Shown here: positions 23,046 to 34,890 of the stretch, in pieces
How the letters are laid out: each line of letters begins with the position of its first letter
Position numbering within the stretch: position 1 is the stretch's first letter
Source of the DNA: Psammoneis japonica
Lineage: Eukaryota
Assembly: GCA_008632985.1 (NCBI GenBank)
Contig: QPGO01000050.1
Coordinates: forward strand, 496,001 to 532,357
DNA: 36,357 nt
Direction of reading: 5' to 3'
Notes under the pieces: model-generated
What the model was told of the DNA's origin: nothing
Seen by the model: the letters and a program-made list of their open reading frames with translations, nothing else
Database searches by the model: none
Made by a program: the position numbers and the translations under genes

Positions 23046-25844
23046 AGAATGCCAAGCAAATGAGCCAAGAGAGCTTGATGCAAGTCGTTTTCCACTGCAC
23101 AAGATTGCCAATTGTCACAGAATGAAGGCACATCAACAAAAGAACATGTCTGAATGGGAGGGCATGAACTGTCATCACACCATCAGAAAAAGGCAACATC
23201 CGCACCAGAGCTTGCACAGAAAAACACGCAGATGGTGTGACCATGAAACTGAGACACAGAATTGTGCCCTTGGTCAGATCATCAGGTGCACAGGGTCTCA
23301 CTTTGGCCCCAGTGTGAAGTCAATTTTGGTGGGCTGTGCACATGGAGGTGGAAATGTCTTTTGCAACAAGGACAGCTTGCAGCAGAGACAAGTGATGCAA
23401 AGAGCAAGATCTTGCACATTGACACCTTTTCATGTCATTGCACTTGTCAACAATGGTTTTTCCAATGCAGGTGCAACATCCGATGCCCTGTCACCAGTGC
23501 TGTGATCCTCCTCCTTGGCTGGTGTGTCCCCATGCCAACAAGAACGCCTGCCCAATGTCTTGGAAGTGAGGTGTGCATCTGCAAGAAAGCAGAGACAGAG
23601 ACAGTTGACAAACACAACACAGAATTGCAGGTCTCACTTTGCCATCATTGGCACTTGCAACACAAGGAGGAGCAGGAGTGGCAGACCCAGCCTTGGCCCC
23701 ATTCTTGCATGCCTTGCTGGTGCTCCACTTCATCAGGTTCAAGAGCACACTTCCTGGCAACTTGTTGAGTTCTTTTGCCCACACACATCAAAATCACAAG
23801 TGTCAAAGCAATCGCCACCATCCTCATTTTCATCCTCTTTTGTCTTTGGCCAGAGCTTGCCCAGCCACCCCTTGCACATCTTCCTTCAACAAAGACACAA
23901 GGTCCAGTGATTCAGGTGCTGCAAGCTTGCTCCATTTCATCATTGAGGCAGTTCATGGGGCTCGGACCAATGCACTGACCAATGCACCAGGGACAGCACA
24001 AAAGAACAAAACAAGCAACAGCCCACACATCCTTCTGAGGTTGAAAGTTTTTGCTTCATGTCAGCCTGGGTTCATCACAGCTGTGGCATCTGACCAGTCC
24101 AACACATCAAGATTCAAAGGTGCCAGGCAAAGGATGAGGCATGTCAATCACAAGGCACTTTGGTGTCAAAAGAAAGGCTTCTTCTCTGCACTTTGGGCAA
24201 AACTTGCAAGGGGCCAATCAATCACAAAGATTCTTCAACCATTGGTGCACTCTTGTCATTGTCATCTCAACAGGATGTGACTCTCATTGCTTTGTTTTGC
24301 ATGCTTGTCAAATCCCAATGACTGCAACAGCACAAGACAGGATTGAACAAAAGATTGCAGCACAGACAAAACAAGACTGTTGTCATTGTCATCATCATCC
24401 AGGTTCTGTGCCAGTTGCACAGGGGAGGGGACTGCCTGAGCATTGGGGTGGATGACCAGACGAAGCATCATGACATCATTGAGACAACAAATTTTGTTTT
24501 CTTTTGCTGCCCTTTTTCCTTGTCCTTTTTTGAATGAGCACCCTCAAGTCAACGGACAACAACAACAGCGCCATTGGATTGCAACAGACAGCTGAACAAA
24601 AATCACAAAAAAACAGAGCAGACTGTCAAAAGTCTTGCCTTTGGCAGCTCTATCTGTCATGTCACCCTTCCTTGTCATGCTGACCCTGGTTGAAGATGCA
24701 AGCTGTTGTTTTTCTTGTGTGGCTGTTTGAAGGCTTTGCACATCAGGTCATGAACCCAGAGCAGACAATCACTGGGTGTTTCATCTTCCTCCTGTTGAGA
24801 ATCTGCTTCTCCACCAACTCACAATGTTGACCAATGTTTTTCCAACCGCGAGCCTTGGAAGCAATGGTGTCATTTCCATGGAGCCTTGGCCTTTCATCTC
24901 AGGAGATTCTTCACAATGTTGCCAAACTCATCTTTTGCTTCCCTGTCCACAACTTGGTTGTCAGCCACTGTGAAAAAAGACCAAACAGCGCCAACAGCAA
25001 GATTTGAAACTGTGGAGCTGAGGGAGGAACACAGTCTCCACTGTGAAGATGGGGATGCTCTCTGGACCTGTGCCGCAAAGCTGGCCTTGGGGATGAAGCT
25101 GTTCTGGTGAAGAAATGCTGAGCAGCTGACATGTGCACATGCCGGCTCTTGATGCCACACCACTCAAGGTTGTTAAGCTCCTCTGTGGTTTTCTGGTGCT
25201 GAGTGACAAACTGCCTGGTGAACTTCCCATTTCTCATTTCCAACTTGCAAGTCCAACCATTGGTTTCAATGCAATGGAGCCCACACTTGCATGTCTCAAA
25301 ACAGAAAGACCAGTTGTGGTGCATTGACGGGGCAATGCGGCTTGCTAAAAAAGTGGCATGTGATCTTTTCATGTGCCCTTTTTAGCCTCTCTGGTGCAGC
25401 CCCATCAGCAGCGTTGTTGTCGCCCCCAGAATCTTGAATCTGAGGCATGCCAACAACAACAAAACCAAAAAAGAGGAAAGAAGCAGTGGGAGTGAGATGA
25501 TTGACAACTCATGTTGGGAGGATTGGGATGGAGGGTTTGGATGGGAGGGAATTGTTTCATGTGTTGACATCAATGGCATGCACTTGACACACATCTCTCA
25601 ACACAAGGTTTGTTTTGCAGTGTGCTGCAAGCTCCTCCTTCCAGAGTGTCTTGTCTCACAATGCAAGCATCAAGGCATCAGTGTTGCTGGCAGATTTTTC
25701 CCATGACAAACCACTTCCCACATGTGTGCCACTTCTTTGTGAGTCCTGTTGTGCTCTGTGCTTTGCCAATTTTTGTTGAACAATTTTTTGTGTGACATTT
25801 GGTTGTCATTGTGAAGTTGTTGTGAGAGAAAAGACTTGTTGTTC

Positions 25845-26239
25845 TTCCAACCATTTTCTCCTCCTGAATGGCAACATCTCACATTTGTTTTGAGGTTCAA
25901 TTCATTCAAATCACATTGCCACAATTCAAACATGATGGCACGACATGTTCCGCAAAGTTTTTTTCATTGAAAACTGCCCAATTGAACATGAGACAACAGT
26001 GCCCAGTTTGCGGCAGCAGACACACCAGAAGATGAAGATTTTCCAACCATTTTCTTCTCCTGAATGGCAACATCTCACATTTGTGAGGTTTCATTCATTC
26101 AAATCACATTGCCACAATCCCAACATGATGGCATGACATGTTTCTTCAAGTTTTTTTGTTTTTCATTGAAAACTGCCCAACTGAACATGAGATGACAGTG
26201 CCCAGTTTGGGGCAGCAGACACACCAGAAGATGAAGATG
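25845..26239. repeat. Tandem duplication, 196-bp period, high identity
   Basis: ttccaaccattttc..cagcagacacaccagaagatgaagat starts at 25845 and again at 26041. Confidence 0.92.
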
Positions 26240-29200
26240 TGGGGTCATGCTGACAGCACCGGACAGCAACATTGGGGCCCCACAAATGTCCCACGGAACA
26301 GCCCACGGCTGTGGCAAGCACCTGTTTTGACAAAAATTCAAATGCTGCACTGACAAAGTCAATGCTGAAAAGATGGTCCTTTTTGCAGAACTTCATGCAC
26401 TCTGGTGTTGTCTGTTGCCAGTTCATGCCAACATTTGTGTTTTGATGAGCCGGCAGACTGTGACCACATCCCAAGTGATGCAATCAACTGAGACCATTTT
26501 TAACAATTTCCACTCAACATGGGCTGCCAGCTGCAAAAGACAGCAACAATGGTGTGTGTGACAGCTTGCAGCCTCCCATCCCCACATTGATGAGAAGGGC
26601 CAACTGGGTGGTGGGACAAGCCTTTTTTCCTGCATCTGAAGTCACAATTTTCTTGTTGAGAATGAGAAACCTTGCTCGTGAGAAAATGGTCATGGAGTGA
26701 CATCAGACAAAATTGATTTTGAAGACATTTCCCATGACCAAGACTCAAAGTTTGCTTGTTCATGGAAGTTGACCGGCTCTGTCAAAGAGGTGCAAGTCAA
26801 TGTCACATGGATGTCTTCCAAAGAATCTGCCTTTGTGACCATCATCAGAGTCAAAGTGCACAGCTGCATGGACCTTGTCAGCTGCCTTGTTGCAAGTCTC
26901 AGACTTGTGGCATCTGCCAGAGCTGCGCTGGTCACAAAAAGCACCACCCAGCAAATCACATGTCACTTCAAGCACAGCCACTGTGATTGCAGCATGTTGG
27001 TGGTGTGCAAATCTGAAGAAGTCGTTCACTGCACATTGCAACATGATGCAAACAGAAACTGAGAGACCAGAGCAAAGAATGTGAGGTTCATCATGAGATT
27101 TGTCTGTGGTGTGTCTGAAATGAATCGCTCTTGTTGAGATGCTTGTTGTGGTGCAGTGATCATTTTGTGAGCTTGAAGTGAGAAGCAATGATGTCAAGCT
27201 TTCACTCTCTTGTTGCAACCACCAGCATCGCAGCTGGGCAAGTGTGTTGCATCACCAATGATTGCTTGACTGTCACATGTGCAGACAAAATGAAATGCAA
27301 GAGTTTAGATTGTGGTGCAGTGCAACAACAAACAACAAACATCAAATTTTTTATAAAGACATGCTCAAGATTTTAAATGGGATGTTCGTTTAAAAGTCAT
27401 TGGACATGCTCACATTTTTCTGGGTGCAAGCACTTTGAAATTTTTTGGATCTGCTTTCACACTTCGGCAATGTAAATTTGGCAGCGCATCATTCAACATT
27501 GCAGTTCAGCCATGGAGAAACTTGGCACTGTGTGGGTTCATGCACGACAGCTCGCCATTGCATGTCATCAAGACTTTGAGGCATGCCCCCCATCACAACC
27601 ACAATGATTTGACACACAACACATTGCAGAGCTGTTCTGTGCAGTGCAAAGAATGTGCACATTGTTTGAAGTTTGGTTGAAAAAAAATCATTTTGTGTCA
27701 ACAAGATGTGGGGCATTCTTGTTCAGAGCATGAGAGGGGACAAAAGGTTTTGGCATCTGATGACTGCATGTCCAAAGACAGTTGAGCCATTCCAACCAAA
27801 GCTGTTGAAGCTTGTTGTGAATGATTCAAAGTCTGTTGGCAAAGATGATTTGTCTCTGAGAGGGTGTGTCAATGTTGGGGTCTCTTTGGTGTGTCAGTTT
27901 TGAGGTCGGGAGAGTGCTGGGGGCATGTGCTGCATGAGATCCACAGCAACTCTCTTTCAAAATTGTGGAAAAAAGCAAACATTGTCAAACTCAGTTGACA
28001 ACATTGTGAAACCAAGAAGAGCAGAGCAAAGAATGAACATCACAAAAAATGGCTGTTTGCAGCACAAAGCCATCTGCCATGCACCACAACAAAAAATCTG
28101 TGAGCCACACAGACAGCCGTGGCAAATCACCAGGGGCCATCCTCAACAAGTTGCACATTCCTGGCAAGATGCCTTTGCTTTCCATGCTTGTTTTCTGGTG
28201 CCTGGTTTGTTGCATGTGTGCAATGACACCAACAAGCCCAGTGCAGAAAAAGCCAAAGAATTGCCACAAAAAAATGGGGGCTGGCCTGGAGTTGATGCAG
28301 CCCTGAGCAAGCCCAAGAGGTCAGTGCTTCTTTTCAGGTGGGCACCATGACAACACTTCAATTGTGGCAAAATGCTGCAGGAAAGTTTTCCCCAATTCTC
28401 TTGTCACAGCAAATCTTGATTTTGCCAGTGAGTGATGATGCACACAATGATGCTGGTGAAAAGCGCAAGTGCAAGCAGCCCCTGGACGACAGGTGGGCAA
28501 AAGCACCATCTCAGGGCACTTTCTTGCACCCCATGTGGCACTCTCTTGCACGCCATTGTCATGTCACAAAGATGTGCACATCAGCAAGCACTTGTTGAAG
28601 ACAAACAGAGAGCCAATCTTTTGGAGAAGCAGCATGCTCTGTGTCATCTTCGGGGGTCTTGATGCTCAGTGTCATGTGGCTGGCAAAGAGCAGCTGGCAC
28701 ACCAGCTCTCCACCCCATGTCACAACAAAGGAGAGTGAGAGTTGCAGCCAAAGGACAGAGCTCAGCAATGTGGTCAAGTTGCAAGTGCAACAAACACAGA
28801 CATTCGCAAAACCCTGGTGTGTTGGAATGTAGAGAACACAGAGCGGATCACAAAATGGGCTGGCAACCCACCGCATGCTCACATTGTCAAGCCCATGTGT
28901 GTGTGCAAAGTGGGGAGGGGGGGCTCAGATGCGAGAACCTCAGAGACAATGTGTTGCTGACAAAAAGCCAGACGTGTCATCAAAGGTGGACTTGCATTTG
29001 CGTTCCGACAGGTGGTGCAGGTGAAACTTTGGAGATTATTTGTTGTACAAGGCAGTCAATGCTAGTTTGGATAAAACGATTCAACAAGTTGGTCAAGAAC
29101 GATTCAACGTGGCCCTTCATCAGTGCCGACAACTGCTCCATAGAGCACATGCCCAGTGCACCGATAAAGCCAATTTTCCATGCTCCAACAATGGAACATT

Positions 29201-29329
29201 GCGACAAAGAAATGAAACGAATTGCTACGAGCGAGACTGGGGTTGCGGATGCCCTTGTCTCGACCAAGTTTAAATGAAGGATTCCTTGGCATTAGAAGAT
29301 CCGACAGAATAAGAACCTATCAAACGGGG

Positions 29330-30290
29330 AGTTGCAGAATTGTTTGCGGGGTCCCTGTCGTAAGTATTTCGGTAAAGGAAGCCTGAGTGTGCGCAGCGCC
29401 TTTTAATGGCCGCATTCTGCCGGATGTTCTCCGATTCCACGGCATCAAGCATAGCTGGGCCTGCAGCTGAACAAACGGGATTTCCACCAAAGGCATTGAA
29501 GTTCTCTACACCCATGGATTCAAAAGCATCGGATGTTTCGCGTGTTGTGATAACCGCCGCCATTGGCATTCCGTTTCAGAGAGACTTGCCTGCCGGTGCA
29601 ATGTCAGGCCTACAGAAGACTCCATGCTCTCATCAAAGGAATGCTGAAATGCCCAATGACATTCGCCTAGACGCCTAGACGCCCAAACCCTGTTTGCACT
29701 TCATCAGCAATATAAACTCCTCCCACCTCCCGCACAGCTCCAAGACTCGCCTCCAGACATCCTGTTGGCGGAAGAATGACTCCGCCGACACTCACGCCAC
29801 CCTCAGCAGCAAAAGCACCAATTTTCTCCTGTTTCTGTCTATGATGCTGGCATCCCTTCTTTCCATGTTCGGCGTAGTCAGCACCAGCTGATGTCGCAAC
29901 TCGATGGGGTCCACGCGGTAAATGTCGGGGCAGCACCTTGAAAACATGCTCTCCAAGACTACGCAAGTCGCCAATTAAATCAAATTCTTTAAGTGCAACG
30001 CCAAATCATTCACTTCGCTTCCAGAATGAACAAAGAAAACAACTTCCAACGGTTTCACAAGTTTCCGGATAACCCTCTCTGCCAAAACAGTTGCGTTGGC
30101 GTGCAGACATCGCAAAATGCTCCTGTGCAGCTCGGAAAACGTTTTCATTGTAGTGACCAAGATGAGCTACGTTGATTCTTGTGTCAAGATACCATCGTTC
30201 TGAATCATCCATCAGCACAGAGCCTTTACCCTGGACAAATCGAAGATGTGAACAGACACTTCTATCCTCACGCCTCAACAATCATCAGCG
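29330..30290 (-). pseudogene. Class-III PLP aminotransferase pseudogene (AGXT2/ETNPPL/PHYKPL-like)
   Basis: Fragments in several frames: VQGKGSVLMDD..YLDTRINVAHLGH, RCLHAN..VVFFVHSGSEVNDLAL, GGVYIADEVQTGFGRLG, PDIAPAGKSL*NGMPMAAV (PLP Lys) and FNAFGGNPVCSAAG. There are stops, frameshifts, deletions and a truncated C-terminus. Confidence 0.88.
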
Positions 30291-31177
30291 CGCCTGAATT
30301 TGAGTGGGACACACTCACAACCTTCGAAAAGCAGCTGGATCGGAGGGCAGACACGTTTTCTTTGCTAAGTCGCTTGCGTTTTAATGACGATAAGGTTTCT
30401 CTCTTCTTTTTCCAATTCGGCGTCGCTCATTTGGTCCCTCACTTGTCACGATCGGCACCTGACCTTTCTAACCGAACATAAGAGAGGGACGTGGTCAGAA
30501 CAACGCTGTGGACAAGAGGATTGGCTGAAGCTCTTCCGTGATATACACCAGGTTCAGATCATGACCACATGGGAGTAACATGTGCTCTAGTCTATACTGT
30601 AACACGAAGAAACTGATAGGGCCAACAATAACAACAAAATATATAATAACAACACACAACACACAACACAACATAATCCTCGCAGTTTTTGCAGCGCCGA
30701 AAGCAAACGGAAGCGGGCGGGAGGAGGTTTTGCGGAGTTTGATGGATCGCATGAGCTCAGACCCTGTTGCGCGCGATTTTCGCGCGACTTAAGAACTCCT
30801 CATCGTTCGTGATGCACTTGATACACCTTCTTACACCTCCTTACGCTTGTCCACGGAGAGCTAAGTACTCAATTACACCCTGTTGTACGCCGTGTCCATC
30901 TTGTCCACAGGTGTCAAAAAAAATTCAAAGACAAACGATGGAGAGTAAATAACATATACGGTAGCCATTCTGCCTGGATTCATCATCGCATCCAATCCCC
31001 TTCTCACATTTTTTTCGTGCAAGGCTGTTCACCCACAACAACCGCCCTTTACTTATACCTTCAGAGCTTCAGCTGCTTCACCTTCTACCTTCGCCTCCAA
31101 CATTTTAAAATTTCGGACCGTAGAACCTCGGATGTTCGATACTTTACGTAGCGTTGAATGCTGTCATAACAGACAAA

Positions 31178-33018
31178 ATGGGACGTGTTCATTGGCCTTT
31201 GATGCCTAATTCCGTTCCGGTAGCTTGCTTGCTGCTTGCAACGTTGTCAGCTGACAACAACTTACTACTGACAAGTGCGTTCGGTGGCCGACGGTTACAT
31301 CAGCGGGGGAGAGGTCTCACCCGCATCATTGATTGGACGAAAAACCCCACAGTGCTAAGCACAGCAATGGAAAGCAAGGTTATTGAAACTACAGAAGATA
31401 CTTCTGAAAAATTGGGCGCTTGGGTACCGATCGGATCAAAGTCCGCTCTTTCGGGCTTAGGACCCACTCGCGTCAAAGTAATGGGAATGGACCTTGTGGT
31501 TTGGGAATCTCCGACGAACAACCCAAAGCAGACAAACAAGTGGTGGTCTCGACGCAGCAGAGACTCTCAATGGTCTGTATTATCCGATGCTTGCCCACAT
31601 AGATTGGCTCCCCTGTCTCTCGGTCGGGTGGTACCTGAAACTGGATGCATTGAGTGCCCATACCATGGATGGCAGTTTGAATCCAATGGAAATGTCTCGC
31701 ATATTCCACAACTGGATGGAGATCTTTCTCTTACTATTAAGAGAAAAGCTTCATCACAATCCTATCAGGTTCATCTCACAGGTGATTTGATATGGGCGTT
31801 CTTGCCAACTTTGGTTCACGGCGAATCATTCCCTCAACACTTGCTTCCTGAAGACTACTACTTTGGGCTCAGAGATGACATAGCAAAGAGTGCCAAGTAC
31901 CACGTCCAAGAAATGCCAGCGTCTATGGACTTTCTCGTCGAGAAGTAAGACATTACAGTATTGGAAGGCATGATTGCTTTTGATTCTAACACAAACAGCG
32001 CCGATTTCCTCACGCTTGTTATTCCTTTCTATTGTCAATTCGCCGCACAGTGCTGTTGATCCTTCCCACTTTCCGTTTGCACACCACTCTGTTATTTCGA
32101 GTCGGCAAGATGCGTCTCCCCTGCCCATGGAAATCCTAACCTCCAACTTTACCCATGTCGAAGCTGCGACCTCTTATGAGAGAAACGGTGTTTTTAGAGA
32201 GTAAGGCTTGTTTTCAATTCCTTTGTTTCGGTTCACGTGGGCACTAATGGTTCGGTTTTGCTTTTCCATTACCAGGCGCGTGTATGCGTTCCAGCGACCG
32301 TGTCTGATGTATACAAAGCAAAAGGATCCTCACACCAACGTCTACAGTAGAGGAATACTGGTGTTTGTGGTTCCCGTTCAAGAAGGACGCAGTCGACTGT
32401 TTACGTCGCTTGGTTCCAGCAAACTGTCAAAGCTTCCTTTACCCGATTGGATTATTCATTTGTTGGCAAGACGGTGAGAGATTTTGTCAAAACACATGTT
32501 TTCTGGTCCTCTATCGACGGGTCTCACCATTGTCGCAACCATTCAGTCTCTTTGAGGGCGATATGCTCATTCACGATGCCGAACGGGCCGCTCGAGATGG
32601 TTCCGATCAGCTTGACTATGTAATGCCCACGACGTCAGACAAGAGTGTCGCAGCATTCCGCAAGTGGTTCAAGACGCATGGATTCTCAAACGCACCTCCG
32701 CATACGTTTGGTCCAGCTTCTCCAGAAAACTTGCACGCTTTGTCCCGACAGCAGCAGCTCCACCCATGGTCGGTCCATACAAAGACGTGTTCGAAATGCA
32801 GAGCCGCGCTCTCTAGAGCAAGGTTCGTTCAATACTGGGGTCTTGTTGCGGGTTTGGGATCATCGGTTCTTGCGGGGCGGCGGAATCCATTGCTTTCTGT
32901 TGCTTTTGCAGCCGGAGGCTTTGTGGTCAACGCTGCAGCTGGGCGACTTGTAGACAATCTGGAAGGAAGCACGCACCCAAGCGATATTGATGATCACCTT
33001 ATTCCAAATGGCAAGTAG
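31178..33018 (+). CDS. Plastid-targeted Rieske non-heme iron oxygenase, pheophorbide a oxygenase/TIC55/PTC52 family; exons 31178-31944, 32051-32200, 32276-32473, 32547-33018
   Basis: Rieske motif CPHRLAPLS..ECPYHGWQF and a mononuclear Fe motif EN|AVDPSHFPFAHH formed across intron 1. C-terminal HTKTCSKC is followed by two hydrophobic helices. Three GT-AG introns keep the frame, and the signal peptide ends TSA-F. Confidence 0.9.
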
Positions 33019-33590
33019 TTTAGAGAAATAATAGAGCTCACAAGAGAGATATGAAGCGGTAGCGGTAGCTAGCTACAGCTTAGGTACCGACAGAAGTACT
33101 TTTTAACCTGCCCTCTTTTCTTCCCAGCTTTCTTTTTAAATAAAGACCAGCTACTTTGGCAATTTTCATTTTGTTCTGGTGAGCACGTCTAGTGGCGCCA
33201 TTCCAGACAACAGGTATAACCTGCTCCCATACTGTAGGGCCTACCCGTTACAACAACTGTTGCACTGCGCTCCCCACCACCCGGCACTTGATAAAGCTCA
33301 TCTCGATTTGGTTTACATTTCTTTTTATAGAGTTAAGAGCGCTAGATTTTCTCGTCACTCGTATGTAGTGGAAGGAAACTACCCGCCTGGTTCCTTAAGC
33401 TGCCGGTACGCTGCAGTTTAGTACCCGTAAAGGACAACTCTCTAGAGAGGGAAAGTAGGCTCAGCGCAACAAAAAACGAATAGAGGTTTAGATTTTAAGA
33501 ACATCTATGGTACTACCTAAATGATACCAGGTACCGCAATCTTCCGCCTCTGAGTTTGCACCCGGCATCTAAATCTTTCTTTTCCGAAAC

Positions 33591-34244
33591 CTAATACGAC
33601 TTTCTAGTCATGATAGATGAGGACGCGGGGCTGACACGGGAACAGTCGGGGCACCTTACCAAAACGGCAAACTTCTTGACCTTCATGCGGCTCCTGCATT
33701 CGGTACACCTGACCAAATGCGCATCCCCGCGGACCGACGCCTTGTCTGAATCAACAATCTTGCCCAACATCATATCGGGCTGTCGCTTGGAATGATGAGG
33801 GAACCTCTTGCTGGCCCGAGCGCTCGGCATGGGTGGCTCCACTGGTGCAAAAGGCGGTGGATGTGCAATTCCTTCAATCGGGAGAGGCAAGGGAGCAGCG
33901 CCAGCAGCCTGGTTGCTACTACTGGGTGGCTGGTTGGGGCTCCGCTTTCGCTGATCGTGATAGTGATCGTCTTCCGGAGGAGGCGACTTGTACCCAATAC
34001 CAATTCCGACATTGTGGTCAGGCCTTCCACCATAACCACCATAATGCTCTTCGTCGTTTCGACGAGCCGCCGCTGTGCCAAAGCCGTCACGGCTGCTGGC
34101 GGCACGACCTCCATACGCCGAGTCGTCCCGAGTAGAAGTACGTGGAGAACTGTACAACTCATGGGCACTACCACCACGAGCCGATGTGTCTCCGCCACCA
34201 CCGCCCCACTGGCGGTCATCGTTTTGGTTTCCATAGTATGCCAT
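33591..34244 (-). CDS. Hypothetical low-complexity protein with a C-terminal CxxC..CxxC zinc ribbon
   Basis: First ATG at 34244 (MAYYGNQ), a Gly/Pro-rich body, and VRCTECRSRMKVKKFAVLVRCPDC. Confidence 0.75.
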   Translation of the reverse strand: MAYYGNQNDDRQWGGGGGDTSARGGSAHELYSSPRTSTRDDSAYGGRAASSRDGFGTAAARRNDEEHYGGYGGRPDHNVGIGIGYKSPPPEDDHYHDQRKRSPNQPPSSSNQAAGAAPLPLPIEGIAHPPPFAPVEPPMPSARASKRFPHHSKRQPDMMLGKIVDSDKASVRGDAHLVRCTECRSRMKVKKFAVLVRCPDCSRVSPASSSIMTRKSY

Positions 34245-34890
34245 TGTCACTGAAACAATGTCAACGTTAACACGAATGTTCTTGAATGTGGAGATACGAG
34301 TATGGTTCACGTAAAGTACCAAACTCCGGGTTTTTGTTCGATGAAATACTCGATCGGATAAGAATTGCTAGTTAAGCAAACCACCTTCGAATATATCTAA
34401 CCGCTTCAGTACCGATAACAGAGGTTGCTGCTGAAGACGAGATTGCTGCTGATCCAAAGAGAAGAAGAGTTTTGTACAAAGCCAGCTTTTGGTTGTGCAG
34501 TGTGGCAAGTGACAACAGCGACGCGGCTCCTCCTCCCCATCTTCGGTTGAGGAAATGGTCGACGGATGACTGATGACCGACGGACTGTGACCCTCATAAT
34601 CTCTTCGTTCAGGTTTGAATATGTCAATAACAGAAAGACAGAAATGCCTAAGCAATTTTAAATATCTGTATACAGACTTTATAGCTTATATAACATCATT
34701 ATTACCTTCAAGACTAGATGTCAATATTTCAACGGGTGTTGGCCAACGCATGGGGGCGGCAACAATGCGAATTTCTGGCGGAGACAACGCATGATTTGGA
34801 GATTGTGGTTGCATCGACCGCGGTATCTTGTTGTCACAAAGCGAACATTCATTCGAAAGCCAAGAAGAAAACAAGATATTGATCTGAGCC

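Larger units (their letters stand above)
13190..29020. other. TpA-depleted hypermutated domain 3 (~15.8 kb of transposon and gene relics)
   Basis: TA is very rare throughout. CG is frequent at 13.2-17.8 kb, intermediate to ~21.5 kb and scarce at ~22-28.7 kb. There are no intact long ORFs and the spurious ORFs are Cys/His-rich and almost Tyr-free. Confidence 0.9.

Noticed and set aside
1..29020. Classical fungal RIP
   Set aside because: RIP depletes CpA/TpG and enriches TpA. The opposite is seen here.
13190..29020. ADAR-type RNA hyper-editing of a retroelement
   Set aside because: Changes appear on both strands and affect a DNA-transposon-like gene and host-type pseudogenes. No RT or LTR was recognised.
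28669..29350. 202-aa plus-strand ORF at the domain edge
   Set aside because: The 3' part may be a gene fragment, but no family was recognised and it is interrupted by stops.
33770..34253. Alternative overlapping ORFs of 153-154 aa
   Set aside because: Shadow frames of the GC-rich Zn-ribbon gene.
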